From positions 38,393-70,392 of the forward strand of contig CAKQHZ010000003.1 of assembly GCA_934246625.1 (NCBI GenBank): DNA of 32,000 bases, read 5' to 3'. Source of the DNA: an uncultured Alphaproteobacteria bacterium (GTDB lineage Bacteria; Pseudomonadota; Alphaproteobacteria; Rs-D84; CACZYB01). The translations under genes were made by a program, and so were the position numbers. The notes under the pieces are model-generated. The model was given only the letters and a program-made list of their open reading frames with translations, was not told the origin of the DNA and did no database searches. Positions 1 to 10,508 of this stretch are shown piece after piece; position 1 is the first letter of the stretch, and each line of letters opens with the position of its first letter.

Positions 1-2839
1 GAGGTTTCCAATCAATCGCCTCGGCAAGTTTAATGTCATCACGTTTCATTGTAAGTTCATCAAGGGCAAACAAACTTGATTGATTTGTTTCCTTATCTTT
101 GCTTATTGAAGAAATCTGAGCCAAAATATATGATACATTTTCAAACATTTTTGCACGATTTGGTTCAAGACTGTCAAACGCACCTGCCTTTATAAGGTTT
201 TCAAGCATACGGCGATTTAGATTCTTTGGGTCAACTCGCTCAATAAAATCAGTAATATTTTTAAATGGTCCGTTTTTCTCACGTTCCTTTACAATTTCCT
301 TTACCACACCGACACCAACACTTTTTACGGCGGACATTGCATATCTGATATTTCCATCTTCTTCCACAGAAAAATATTCAAATGATTTATTTATATCTGG
401 ACGAAGAATTTTTATACCCATCTTTTTTATGTTATCTGCAAAAAAGGCAAGTTTATCAACATCTGCCATATCATAAGTCATAGTTGCAGCCATAAATTCA
501 GCAGGATAGTGAGCCTTTAAATATGCAGTTTGATAACAAACCCAAGCATAACATGCCGCATGAGATTTATTGAAACCATAGTTTGCAAATTTTTCCATCA
601 AATCAAAAATTTTCATTGATGTTTCTTCATCAATATTGTGGTATTTAAGACAACCATCTTTGAAAATAACACGTTGTCTTTTCATTTCCTCTTTGATTTT
701 TTTACCCATCGCTCTTCGAAGCAAATCTGCGGAACCCAATGAATACCCAGCAAGAGATTTTGTCATTTCCATAACTTGCTCTTGATAAATCATAATACCA
801 TGAGTTTCCTTTAGTATTGGTTCCATCAATGGGTGAAGATATTCTACTGGTTCACCAAATTTTCGCCTAATATATACAGGTATATTATCCATAGGACCAG
901 GGCGGTATAGGGCAACAAGAGCGACCAAATCCTCAATTTTATCTGGTTTCATATTTAAAATCACGTCTTGCATACCTTTTGATTCAAGTTGGAATATACC
1001 AGCGGTATTTGCGGAACCGATTAAATCATAGGTCGCCTTATCATCAATCGGAATATTTGAAATATCGATTTTGACATTGTGGTCCTTATACACCATTTCA
1101 CAAGCCTTTTGAATAATGGTAAGGGTTTTAAGTCCCAAAAAGTCATATTTGATAAGGCCTGTGCTTTCCACATATTTCATATTAAATTGAGTTGCAGGAA
1201 TATCTGATTTATCATCTTTATAAACCGCAACTAATTGGTCAATAGGTCTGTCTCCTATAACAACACCCGCAGCGTGAGTTCCTGTGTTTCGGAAAAGTCC
1301 TTCCAACTTAACCGCGATATTGATAAGTCCCTTTAAAACTTCATCATTTTCCACAGCCTGAGCAAATTCTGGGATATATTTTAAACAATTTGGAATATTT
1401 GTATCAAATTCCTTTTCTTCACCATCAACAACGGCTCGGATTTTCATTGGAATCATTTTACAAAGGTCATCACACTTTGTATATGGAATACGAAGCACAC
1501 GACCAACATCTTTGATAGTATTTTTTGCTTGAAGTTTACCAAATGTTATAATCTGACTAACACTATCAAAGCCATACTTTTCTTGAATATAATGGATAAC
1601 TTCACCACGACGGTCCTGACAAAAATCAATATCGAAATCAGGCATATTAACACGTTCAGGATTTAAAAATCGTTCAAAAAGAAGATTAAATTTCAATGGG
1701 TTTAAGTCAGTAATCTTCATTGCCCAAGCAACAATAGAACCAGCACCACTACCACGTCCAGGACCCACAGGAATATTATGTGCCTTTGCCCAACCAATAA
1801 AGTCTGCAACAATAAGGAAATATCCAGGGAACCCCATTTGTATAATAATTCCAAGCTCATATTCCAATCTGTCATAATATGGCTTTTGCTCTTCTTCGGT
1901 TGTTATATTTGCAATTTTAAGACGTTCTGCCAACCCCTTGTATGCTTTTTCTTTTAATAAAGTCGGTTCATCAGCACCTTTTTCCACGTGTGGAAGTAAT
2001 GGTTTAGAACCCTTTACCTTAAATCCACATCGTTTTGCAATATTGATAGTATTTTCAATTGCTTCTGGTAAATCAGAAAAAAGTTTCACCATTTCATCAG
2101 GTGATTTAAAATAATGTTCTTCGGTTTCATGACGACGATTTGTTTCATCAACAAATTTTCCATCTGTGATACAAAGCAAAATATCATGAGCCTGATACAT
2201 ATCCTTTGTTGCAAAATAACACTCATTTGTTGCGACAATCGGAATATTATGTTTGTATGCAATATCAAGGAAATCCGCCTCAGTCCTTATTTCATCTGCG
2301 ATATTATGACGCATTATTTCAATATAAAATCGCCCTTTAAATATATCAAGAAGTTCCAAACATTTCTTTTCGGCTAAATCCTTGTTTTCAATAAGTAATG
2401 CTTGCCCAATTACACCCTTTACACCACCAGAAAGAGCAATCAAGCCTTCGCTTTTTTCTTTTAAATCTTCAAATGAAATATGAGGTAATTCATCTGGCTT
2501 TTTTTTAAGATAACAATAGGAAAGTAATTTGATTAAATTTTTATATCCTACTTCGTTTTGAACAAGCAAAATCAGTTGAGGATATTTAAGTCCCATAACA
2601 ATATCAGATGGAATATTAAAATCGACTGAAATTTGTGTTCCAAGAATAGGTTGTATGCCACCTTCTGGCACATATTTTGAAAATTCCGCACCACCAAAAA
2701 TATTGTTTGTATCAGTAATTGCCACCGCAGGCATATTGTATTCCTGACACATTTTTACTATTTGTGGAACACGTAAAGCTCCTTCTGCTAAAGAATAAGC
2801 AGTATGATTTCTTAAGTGAACAAAAGGAGCATAACTCAT
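1..2839 (-). CDS. dnaE: DNA polymerase III alpha subunit, N-terminal ~946 codons; the 3' end runs off the window start
   Basis: Absent from the ORF track because it is open at the window edge. Manual minus-strand translation from the ATG (complement of 2837-2839) gives MSYAPFVHLRNHTAYSLAEGALRVPQIVKMCQEYNMPAVAITDTNN, a PHP-domain start. Near position 600 the same frame gives FNKSHAACYAWVCYQTAYLKAHYPAEFMAATMTYD, a DnaE hallmark. An AAGGGA RBS lies in the 14-nt gap after the secA stop. Confidence 0.9.
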   Translation of the reverse strand, partial: MSYAPFVHLRNHTAYSLAEGALRVPQIVKMCQEYNMPAVAITDTNNIFGGAEFSKYVPEGGIQPILGTQISVDFNIPSDIVMGLKYPQLILLVQNEVGYKNLIKLLSYCYLKKKPDELPHISFEDLKEKSEGLIALSGGVKGVIGQALLIENKDLAEKKCLELLDIFKGRFYIEIMRHNIADEIRTEADFLDIAYKHNIPIVATNECYFATKDMYQAHDILLCITDGKFVDETNRRHETEEHYFKSPDEMVKLFSDLPEAIENTINIAKRCGFKVKGSKPLLPHVEKGADEPTLLKEKAYKGLAERLKIANITTEEEQKPYYDRLEYELGIIIQMGFPGYFLIVADFIGWAKAHNIPVGPGRGSGAGSIVAWAMKITDLNPLKFNLLFERFLNPERVNMPDFDIDFCQDRRGEVIHYIQEKYGFDSVSQIITFGKLQAKNTIKDVGRVLRIPYTKCDDLCKMIPMKIRAVVDGEEKEFDTNIPNCLKYIPEFAQAVENDEVLKGLINIAVKLEGLFRNTGTHAAGVVIGDRPIDQLVAVYKDDKSDIPATQFNMKYVESTGLIKYDFLGLKTLTIIQKACEMVYKDHNVKIDISNIPIDDKATYDLIGSANTAGIFQLESKGMQDVILNMKPDKIEDLVALVALYRPGPMDNIPVYIRRKFGEPVEYLHPLMEPILKETHGIMIYQEQVMEMTKSLAGYSLGSADLLRRAMGKKIKEEMKRQRVIFKDGCLKYHNIDEETSMKIFDLMEKFANYGFNKSHAACYAWVCYQTAYLKAHYPAEFMAATMTYDMADVDKLAFFADNIKKMGIKILRPDINKSFEYFSVEEDGNIRYAMSAVKSVGVGVVKEIVKEREKNGPFKNITDFIERVDPKNLNRRMLENLIKAGAFDSLEPNRAKMFENVSYILAQISSISKDKETNQSSLFALDELTMKRDDIKLAEAIDWKP

Positions 2840-2853
2840 TTAATTCCCTTTAT

Positions 2854-5517
2854 TTAGTCAAGTTTTCCATGACAATATTTGTATTTTTTACCACTTCCAC
2901 AAGGGCACATCGCATTTCTACTTATATTAAGATTTGCATATTTATTTTCACTTTCACCATTAAAGTTGTTAAGTGCTTCTTGTGAAGTTGTCATATCGTC
3001 ATTATCTTTGTCTTCGGTAAGTTCTTCAACTCCCTCTTGAGTAAAGTCAGTTTTTGAAATTATTTGAATAGTTTTATATTTCATTTTTAACATATTCTTT
3101 TCAAAAGTAATAAAAGCTTCACGTTTATATTCGTTAAGAGGGTCCTTTTGACCATAAGCACGAAGGCCAATACCTTGTTTTAAATAATCAAGAGAAAGAA
3201 GATGGTCCTTCCAAACTTGGTCCAAAGTTTGAAGCATAACTGATTTTTCAACAAATCTCATAAAATCAACAGAATATTTATCTTCCTGAGATTTTATTTG
3301 ATTATCGGAAAGTTCCTTTACACGTTCAAATACAGTTTGAGGAGAAATTCCTTCATTTTCTTCTAACCACTTTTTTACATCAACTTTGATGCCTAAAGTT
3401 TCCATACAATCTATTTCAAGGCCGTTGATATTCCAATCATCAGAAGAATTTGCATGAACAGGAATAGCTCTATCAACAATATCTTCAATCACATCTAAAC
3501 GCATATCGTCAATATATGAATGAACATTATCCATTGACATAAGTTGATATCTTTGAGAATAAATAATTTTTCTTTGTTCATTCATAACATCATCATATTT
3601 AAGAAGATTTTTTCTGATAGAAAAGTTATGAGCTTCCACTTTTGTTTGTGCTTTTTCAAGTGCGCGAGAAACCCAAGAGTGAGTAATTGCTTCACCTTTT
3701 TTAAGTCCAAGTCTTGAAAGCATAGATTTCATTCTTTCACCACCGAAAATACGCATCAAATTATCGTCCATAGAAAGGAAGAATTTTGATGCACCAGGGT
3801 CTCCTTGACGACCAGTTCTTCCACGAAGTTGGTTATCAATACGGCGAGATTCGTGTCTTTCTGTTCCAATAACATAAAGTCCGCCAGCTTCAAGAGCGAT
3901 TTTTTTCTTTTCTACAATATCTTTTTTGATTTCTTCAACTTTTTTCTTTATAAGCTCGGCATCTTCCATTCCTGCGGTTTCTTGTTTAACACGCATTTCC
4001 AAGTTTCCACCAAGTTGAATATCCGTTCCACGACCAGCCATATTTGTTGCAATGGTAATTGCTCCTGGAACACCAGCTTGAGCAATAATATATGCTTCTA
4101 ATTCGTGATATTTTGCATTTAAAACTTGAGCTTTTATCCCAGAAGCAAGAAGTCGTCTGTTAAGAAGTTCAGATTTTTCGATTGATACAGTTCCAACCAA
4201 CACAGGTTGTTTTTTTTCATGAAGTTGTTTTATAAGTTTTATAACTGCATCATATTTTTCCTCTTCGGTCAAATAAATTTCATCTTCGTAATCAATTCTT
4301 GCAATAGGGAGGTTTGTAGGAACCTCAATACACTTCAATTTATAAATTTCTTCAAATTCTTGTGCTTCAGTAAGTGCAGTTCCAGTCATACCAGAAAGTT
4401 TTGGATAAAGACGGAAATAATTTTGATATGTGATACTTGCCAAAGTTTGAGATTCACTTTGAACAGGAACATGTTCTTTTGCTTCTAAGGCTTGATGAAG
4501 ACCATCAGAATAACGTCTTCCTTCCATAATACGACCAGTAAATTCATCAATAATATAAACTTGGTTATCTTTAACTAAATAGTCAACATCTCGTTTATAA
4601 AGTTTATGTGCAGTCAAAGCCTTATCTAAATGATGCACAACAGTAGCATTTGAAATATCATAAAGGTTTTTGATTTTTGTAATTTTCTTTTCATACAAAG
4701 CATTTTCAACAAATTCCATACCGCTTTCAGTCAAAGTCGCATTTTTATCCTTTTCATCAACTTTGTAATGTTCTGGCAAAAGCAAAGGAATAACAGAATT
4801 TACTTGGTTATAAAGTTCTGATGAATCATCACTTGGTCCAGATATAATAAGAGGAGTTCTTGCTTCATCAATTAAAATAGAGTCCACTTCATCGACAATT
4901 GCATAATTAAAAGGTCTTTGAACCAAAGTTTCAAGTCTGAATTTCATATTATCACGAAGGTAATCAAATCCAAATTCGTGATTTGTTCCATAGGTTATAT
5001 CACACTTATATGCTTCACGTCGTTCATCATCGTCCATTTCAGTCAATATACAGCCACAACTAAGTCCAAGGAAGTTATAAAGTCTTCCCATCGAGTCAGA
5101 ATCTCGTTTAGCAAGGTAATCATTAACAGTAATAACGTGAACACCTTTACCAGTCAACGCATTAAGATATACAGGAAGAGTTGCCACCAATGTTTTACCT
5201 TCACCAGTTTTCATTTCTGTAATTTTACCATCATGAAGAATCATACCACCAATAAGTTGAACATCATAATGACGTTGACCCAAAGTTCGAATTGCACCTT
5301 CTCTTGCAACGGCAAAAGCCTCAACCAAAATATCGTCTAATGTTTCACCATTTGAAAGTCTTTCCTTAAATTCAAAGGTCTTTGCTTTAAGCTCTTCATC
5401 AGATAATTTTTGCATCATTGGTTCCAAAGCATTTATCTTTGAAACTTTTGCACGATATTTTTTTAATGCACGGTTATTTGCGGTTCCGAATACTTTTTTT
5501 ATTACATAATTAAACAT
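2854..5517 (-). CDS. secA: Preprotein translocase ATPase SecA
   Basis: 887 aa. N-terminus FGTANNRALKKY, Walker A MKTGEGKT, DEVDSILIDEARTPLIISG, and the C-terminal zinc motif CPCGSGKKYKYCHGK. Confidence 0.97.
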   Translation of the reverse strand: MFNYVIKKVFGTANNRALKKYRAKVSKINALEPMMQKLSDEELKAKTFEFKERLSNGETLDDILVEAFAVAREGAIRTLGQRHYDVQLIGGMILHDGKITEMKTGEGKTLVATLPVYLNALTGKGVHVITVNDYLAKRDSDSMGRLYNFLGLSCGCILTEMDDDERREAYKCDITYGTNHEFGFDYLRDNMKFRLETLVQRPFNYAIVDEVDSILIDEARTPLIISGPSDDSSELYNQVNSVIPLLLPEHYKVDEKDKNATLTESGMEFVENALYEKKITKIKNLYDISNATVVHHLDKALTAHKLYKRDVDYLVKDNQVYIIDEFTGRIMEGRRYSDGLHQALEAKEHVPVQSESQTLASITYQNYFRLYPKLSGMTGTALTEAQEFEEIYKLKCIEVPTNLPIARIDYEDEIYLTEEEKYDAVIKLIKQLHEKKQPVLVGTVSIEKSELLNRRLLASGIKAQVLNAKYHELEAYIIAQAGVPGAITIATNMAGRGTDIQLGGNLEMRVKQETAGMEDAELIKKKVEEIKKDIVEKKKIALEAGGLYVIGTERHESRRIDNQLRGRTGRQGDPGASKFFLSMDDNLMRIFGGERMKSMLSRLGLKKGEAITHSWVSRALEKAQTKVEAHNFSIRKNLLKYDDVMNEQRKIIYSQRYQLMSMDNVHSYIDDMRLDVIEDIVDRAIPVHANSSDDWNINGLEIDCMETLGIKVDVKKWLEENEGISPQTVFERVKELSDNQIKSQEDKYSVDFMRFVEKSVMLQTLDQVWKDHLLSLDYLKQGIGLRAYGQKDPLNEYKREAFITFEKNMLKMKYKTIQIISKTDFTQEGVEELTEDKDNDDMTTSQEALNNFNGESENKYANLNISRNAMCPCGSGKKYKYCHGKLD

Positions 5518-5650
5518 CAGTAAGCCTTTCCTCTAAAAAATTACTCTAAAATACTTTATTACTATTTAACTTTGTTAAGGTCAAGAATAAAAATCTTTTA
5601 AAATAAAATAAGTTAATATATAATACCCCTATAAATATAGGGAGTAAATT

Positions 5651-6136
5651 TTGGAAAATAAAGATATAATTCATAAAAATATTACAAAATATATGAATTT
5701 AGCTTACAAAGAAGCACAAAAGGCTTTATTAAAAGAAGAAGTTCCTATTGGTTGTATAATAATTGACAAAACGGGGCAAATTTTAGCAAAATCTCATAAC
5801 CTTGTTGAAACAAAATCAAATCCATTTTGTCATGCTGAACTTTTGGCAATACAAAAGGCTTGTAAAAAACAACACGAAAAATATTTAATGGATTGCAGTA
5901 TTTTTATAACTCTTGAACCATGTCCTATGTGTGCAACGGCAATATCATTTGCAAAAATAAAAAATATTTATATTGGTGCAGAGGATAAAAAGGGCGGGGC
6001 AATCCTTAATGGTATAAAAATATTTGAAAATGCAAAAAATCTTTATAAACCAAATGTCAAAAGTGGAATTTTAAGTGATAAATGTTCACAAATACTAAAG
6101 GATTTTTTTAAAAATCTAAGAAATATAAAAAAATAA
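5651..6136 (+). CDS. tadA: tRNA-specific adenosine deaminase (CMP/dCMP deaminase fold)
   Basis: HAELLAI and PCPMCATA zinc-ligand motifs. TTG start with a GGGAG RBS 6 nt upstream. Confidence 0.85.
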   Translation: MENKDIIHKNITKYMNLAYKEAQKALLKEEVPIGCIIIDKTGQILAKSHNLVETKSNPFCHAELLAIQKACKKQHEKYLMDCSIFITLEPCPMCATAISFAKIKNIYIGAEDKKGGAILNGIKIFENAKNLYKPNVKSGILSDKCSQILKDFFKNLRNIKK

Positions 6137-6165
6137 TTGAAAAGGTGTTTTTTTTGTAGTAATAT
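6137..6165 (+). promoter_or_regulatory. Sigma70-like promoter TTGAAA-N17-TAATAT for the lipoprotein gene
   Basis: Hexamers and spacing read directly from the sequence. It abuts the tadA stop codon. Confidence 0.45.
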
Positions 6166-6199
6166 AGTAAAGTATAAACGCTTTCCAAGGAGGAAAATT

Positions 6200-6787
6200 A
6201 TGAAAGTAGCAAACAAAGTAAAATATATATTAACTGGCTGTTTAATGTTGTTATCTGCATGTGCATATAATCCAACAATGTCAAACTCATCATCTTCAAG
6301 TGAAGATTTGCCTTATGTGTTCTCACATTTTACAGATATTCCTATACCTGAAGAATCTGTTATGAGTATGGAAAAAACAGATATTTATGGTAAAGATAAC
6401 GAATGGGTTGGAAAGGTAGTATTCTCATCACCTTATGATGTAACTGGTATTTTCGACTTTTATATGACTGAACTTCCAAAATTTGGTTGGACAGAAGTAA
6501 CATCAACACGTGGAACATCACCTGTTCTTGTTTATGGTCGTTATCCAAGAATTATACTTATTCAACTACAACCTGAAAGATTTTCTGGTTCAACAGTAAC
6601 AATGACAATGTCTCCTGCTCCAAAAAGAAAGGATAGAAAGGAAAAGAAACAAGAAGCTCAAGCTCAATCACAACAAACATCTTCAACAACTGATGTATCA
6701 CAAGCTGGTTCATTAGGTTTGGGTGATGCTTCTAATGTGTTTTACCAATCAAATTCAAATGGTGTAGGTGTTCCTCCACGTGTTTAG
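6200..6787 (+). CDS. Lipoprotein of unknown function with a Q/S/K-rich, probably disordered C-terminal tail
   Basis: The internal ATG at 6200 is preceded by AAGGAGG. The signal peptide MKVANKVKYILTGCLMLLSAC carries lipobox LSAC. The track's TTG start at 6137 lacks an RBS. Confidence 0.6.
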   Translation: MKVANKVKYILTGCLMLLSACAYNPTMSNSSSSSEDLPYVFSHFTDIPIPEESVMSMEKTDIYGKDNEWVGKVVFSSPYDVTGIFDFYMTELPKFGWTEVTSTRGTSPVLVYGRYPRIILIQLQPERFSGSTVTMTMSPAPKRKDRKEKKQEAQAQSQQTSSTTDVSQAGSLGLGDASNVFYQSNSNGVGVPPRV

Positions 6788-6811
6788 TAATTGAACTAAA
6801 TAAAAAAGAAA

Positions 6812-6839
6812 ATACTCTCATTTGAGGGTATTTTTTTTA
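6812..6839 (+). terminator. Rho-independent terminator
   Basis: ATACTCTC-attt-GAGGGTAT stem-loop followed by T8. Confidence 0.75.
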
Positions 6840-6868
6840 TTGATAATTTGCTTTAATTCTTATATACT
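6840..6868 (+). promoter_or_regulatory. Sigma70-like promoter TTGATA-N17-TATACT
   Basis: Hexamers and spacing read directly from the sequence, upstream of the OmpA-family gene. Confidence 0.45.
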
Positions 6869-6904
6869 TATATGAGATAAATTTAACAAAGAAAGGAAAC
6901 AAAT

Positions 6905-7567
6905 ATGATTATGAAAAAATTTTCTCTTATAGCAATTTGTGCTTCACTTCTTGCAACATCATGCACAAGTATTGATCCATACACTGGTGAAAAAAAGACA
7001 AGTAAAACAACTGTTGGTGCTGGTGTTGGTGCATTAACTGGTGCTGTTATCGGTGCAACAACAAGTAATTCAAAACATCGTGGTAAACATACATTAACTG
7101 GTGCTTTGATTGGTGCAACTGTTGGCGGTGGAATTGGTGTTTATATGGACAACCAAGATAAACTTCTTCGCCAAGAACTTCAAGGAACAGGTGTAAGTGT
7201 TTCAAAAGTTGGTAATAACATAACATTAAATATGCCAGGAAACATTACTTTCAAAACTGCATCTTATGACTTATCACCAAACTTTTTTGATGTCTTAAAT
7301 TCTGTTGCAAAAGTTTTGAAAAAATATGATAAAACAAAAATCGAAGTTGTTGGCCATACCGACAGCACAGGCAAACGTGCAACAAATATGACATTGTCAT
7401 ATAATCGCGCAAATTCAGTTGCAAAATATCTTAAGAACCAAGGTGTGAAGGCTTCACGTTTCACAATCGAAGGATATGGTCCTGACTATCCAGTTGCATC
7501 AAATGGAACAAAGGCTGGTCGTGAACAAAATCGTCGTGTAGAAATAAAACTTACACCAGTTAAATAG
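6905..7567 (+). CDS. OmpA-family peptidoglycan-binding lipoprotein with an N-terminal glycine-zipper region (YiaD-like)
   Basis: Lipobox LLATSC and the Gly zipper GAGVGALTGAVIGA...GALIGATVGGGIGV. OmpA_C motifs are present: VVGHTDSTG, NMTLSYNRANSVAKYL, NRRVEI. Confidence 0.85.
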   Translation: MIMKKFSLIAICASLLATSCTSIDPYTGEKKTSKTTVGAGVGALTGAVIGATTSNSKHRGKHTLTGALIGATVGGGIGVYMDNQDKLLRQELQGTGVSVSKVGNNITLNMPGNITFKTASYDLSPNFFDVLNSVAKVLKKYDKTKIEVVGHTDSTGKRATNMTLSYNRANSVAKYLKNQGVKASRFTIEGYGPDYPVASNGTKAGREQNRRVEIKLTPVK

Positions 7568-7587
7568 TTCTTTATTTAACTAATTAA

Positions 7588-7620
7588 AAGGAGGATTTTT
7601 TAATCCTCTTTTTTTATTTT
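7588..7620 (+). terminator. Rho-independent terminator
   Basis: GAGGATT-tttt-AATCCTC stem-loop followed by a T-run. Confidence 0.75.
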
Positions 7621-7660
7621 TCGATATTGAAAAATATAAGTTTATTTTCAAAATAGATAC

Positions 7661-7689
7661 TTGCAAAATAAAAAGCAAGGTATTATAAT
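7661..7689 (+). promoter_or_regulatory. Sigma70-like promoter TTGCAA-N17-TATAAT for eno
   Basis: Consensus -10 hexamer and 17-nt spacing read directly from the sequence. Confidence 0.55.
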
Positions 7690-7704
7690 CTCAACTATAT
7701 CTAA

Positions 7705-9009
<1,305 letters not shown>

Positions 9010-9021
9010 TGCTAAAAAGTT

Positions 9022-9056
9022 GTAAGCCTAGGTTTTCATACTCAGGCTTACTTCTT
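9022..9056 (+). terminator. Hairpin between eno and ssb; weak terminator or attenuator
   Basis: GTAAGCCT-N14-AGGCTTAC stem followed by only a short TTCTT tail. Confidence 0.35.
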
Positions 9057-9070
9057 AAAAGGAGAAAATT

Positions 9071-9517
9071 ATGGCAGGTTCAATAAATAAAGTTATATTA
9101 GTAGGAAATCTTGGAAAAGATCCAGAAGTTAAACACTCACAAGATGGCAACAAAATTGTAACATTTAATGTTGCAACAAGTGAAACTTGGAAGGATAAAT
9201 CAGGTGAAAAAAAGGACAGAACAGAATGGCACAGAGTTGTTATCTTCTCTCCTGGTCTTGCTGATGTAGCTGAAAAATATTTAAAAAAAGGATCAAAAGT
9301 TTATGTGGAAGGACAACTCCGCACACGTAAATGGCAAGATGCTTCAGGTGCTGATAAATATTCAACAGAAGTTGTTTTATCTGGCTTTAACGCATATATG
9401 ATTATGTTAGATAAAACTTCAGGTGGCGACTTTGATTCTTCTGAATCTGTTGGAAGCGATGCTGGTTGGGATAATTCCGACGCATCAGTTGATATTGATG
9501 ATGAAATCCCATTCTAA
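9071..9517 (+). CDS. ssb: Single-stranded DNA-binding protein
   Basis: OB-fold N-terminus [24 protein letters not shown], and the acidic tail ending DDEIPF. Confidence 0.95.
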   Translation: MAGSINKVILVGNLGKDPEVKHSQDGNKIVTFNVATSETWKDKSGEKKDRTEWHRVVIFSPGLADVAEKYLKKGSKVYVEGQLRTRKWQDASGADKYSTEVVLSGFNAYMIMLDKTSGGDFDSSESVGSDAGWDNSDASVDIDDEIPF

Positions 9518-9537
9518 AAGTATCTATATAACAAAGT

Positions 9538-9563
9538 AAAACTCCTCTTTATGGGGAGTTTTT
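9538..9563 (+). terminator. Rho-independent terminator of ssb
   Basis: AAAACTCC-N8-GGAGTTTT stem with a T-run. Confidence 0.65.
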
Positions 9564-9569
9564 CATATT

Positions 9570-9604
9570 AAAAAAGCAGGGTGTTTATCCCTGCCTTTTA
9601 TTTT
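9570..9604. terminator. Bidirectional terminator hairpin
   Basis: A6-GCAGGG-tgtttat-CCCTGC-CTTTTATTTT. On the minus strand it starts 3 nt after the stop of the 61-aa ORF and is followed by T6. Confidence 0.7.
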
Positions 9605-9783
9605 GCGTATGCATTGATTCTTCGTAAATATTCGGTTTCAAGAATTTTATTAACCGTATTAAATTTATTTTGTGTTTTATTTTGTTTTATTTCCAAAACA
9701 ATTTTGTTAATTGACATAAAGGCAACAGCCTTTTTAATTGAATCTAAATTCTTATACAATTTTCCATCAAATAATATTTTCAT
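9598..9783 (-). CDS. Small basic protein of unknown function (61 aa)
   Basis: The ORF is bracketed by its own promoter (TTGACA at 9855-9850, TGaTATATT extended -10 at 9837-9829) and a terminator right after the stop. The RBS is weak (AAAGG). No family recognised. Confidence 0.45.
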   Translation of the reverse strand: MKILFDGKLYKNLDSIKKAVAFMSINKIVLEIKQNKTQNKFNTVNKILETEYLRRINAYAK

Positions 9784-9918
9784 TTTTTTTACCTTTTCTT
9801 TGTGTGTGTTTTTTTATAAGGTTATTAAAATATATCAAAATAAAACATTTGTCAATGCTTTTGACCTTGTAAATAGTCCTAAGAAATGATATACTTATTT
9901 AGATAATAGGAGACCAAA

Positions 9919-10470
9919 ATGATTTGTGATAATTCTGAATACATAGAAGTTGACGGTGTATGCTACAGAAAAAATGTTGGTATTATAGTTTATAATTGTG
10001 AAGGCAAAGTCCTTATTTGTGAACGAAACCAAGAAAAAATTGATTACAAATGGCAATTTCCACAGGGTGGAGTTGACACAGGTGAAAAAACTGATGAAAC
10101 TGCACTTCGTGAATTATTTGAAGAAACAGGTATAAAAAACGCAAAAATCGTTTTCAAAGATAATGTTTGGCGAGCATACAAATTTCCAGCAGTTTTAAAG
10201 TTTTCAAGGAAATATCACGACTACTATAAAAATGTAAAGGGTCAAATTCAAAAATGGTTTTTGGTTGAATTTTGTGGTGATGACAGCGAAATAAAAATTC
10301 CATCTGAAGAATTTACGGATTACAAATGGGTAAAACTTTCACATGCAATCACACGAAAAGTTGTTCCATTTAAAAAGGAAGTTTATAAAAATGTCATAAA
10401 AAAGATGATTCCTATTTTAAATGATATTATGAAATCCAAATCAATTTGCAAAAAATGTAAAAAGAAATAA
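9919..10470 (+). CDS. rppH: Nudix hydrolase, RppH-like RNA pyrophosphohydrolase
   Basis: Nudix box GGVDTGEKTDETALRELFEETGI. RppH-like context YRKNVGIIVYN...WQFPQGG. AGGAG RBS. Confidence 0.8.
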   Translation: MICDNSEYIEVDGVCYRKNVGIIVYNCEGKVLICERNQEKIDYKWQFPQGGVDTGEKTDETALRELFEETGIKNAKIVFKDNVWRAYKFPAVLKFSRKYHDYYKNVKGQIQKWFLVEFCGDDSEIKIPSEEFTDYKWVKLSHAITRKVVPFKKEVYKNVIKKMIPILNDIMKSKSICKKCKKK

Positions 10471-10479
10471 TTTTACCTC

Positions 10480-10508
10480 TTGCAAAAAGAAGCGAATCGT
10501 GATAATAT
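10480..10508 (+). promoter_or_regulatory. Sigma70-like promoter TTGCAA-N17-TAATAT in the groESL upstream region
   Basis: Hexamers and spacing read directly from the sequence. It implies a ~160-nt leader before groES. Confidence 0.4.

Noticed and set aside
3805-5340. Plus-strand ORFs of 93-140 aa (3805-4101, 4207-4488, 4918-5340) and similar short ORFs at 2086-2985
   Set aside because: They are antisense to or overlapping secA and dnaE. The translations are Phe/Ile/Asn/Cys-rich nonsense typical of AT-rich antisense frames.
6137-6199. N-terminal extensions proposed by the ORF track (6137 for the lipoprotein, 7705 for eno, 10596 for groES, 20587 for kdsD, 16369 for the membrane protein)
   Set aside because: In each case an internal start is preceded by a strong AAGGAG-type RBS at 5-8 nt and gives the canonical N-terminus (signal peptide, [17 protein letters not shown], or MNFKPL). 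The extended starts lack an RBS.
7626-7653. Imperfect inverted repeat TTGAAAA-N11-TTTTCAA upstream of the eno promoter
   Set aside because: It is composed almost entirely of A and T in an AT-rich spacer. A 7-bp A/T stem is expected by chance, and it matches no known operator consensus.
9581-9889. 102-aa plus-strand ORF in the ssb-rppH spacer
   Set aside because: It starts at a GTG inside the terminator hairpin and has no RBS. Its Phe/Leu/Ile-rich translation reflects T-rich DNA. The opposite strand carries a shorter ORF with matched promoter and terminator signals.
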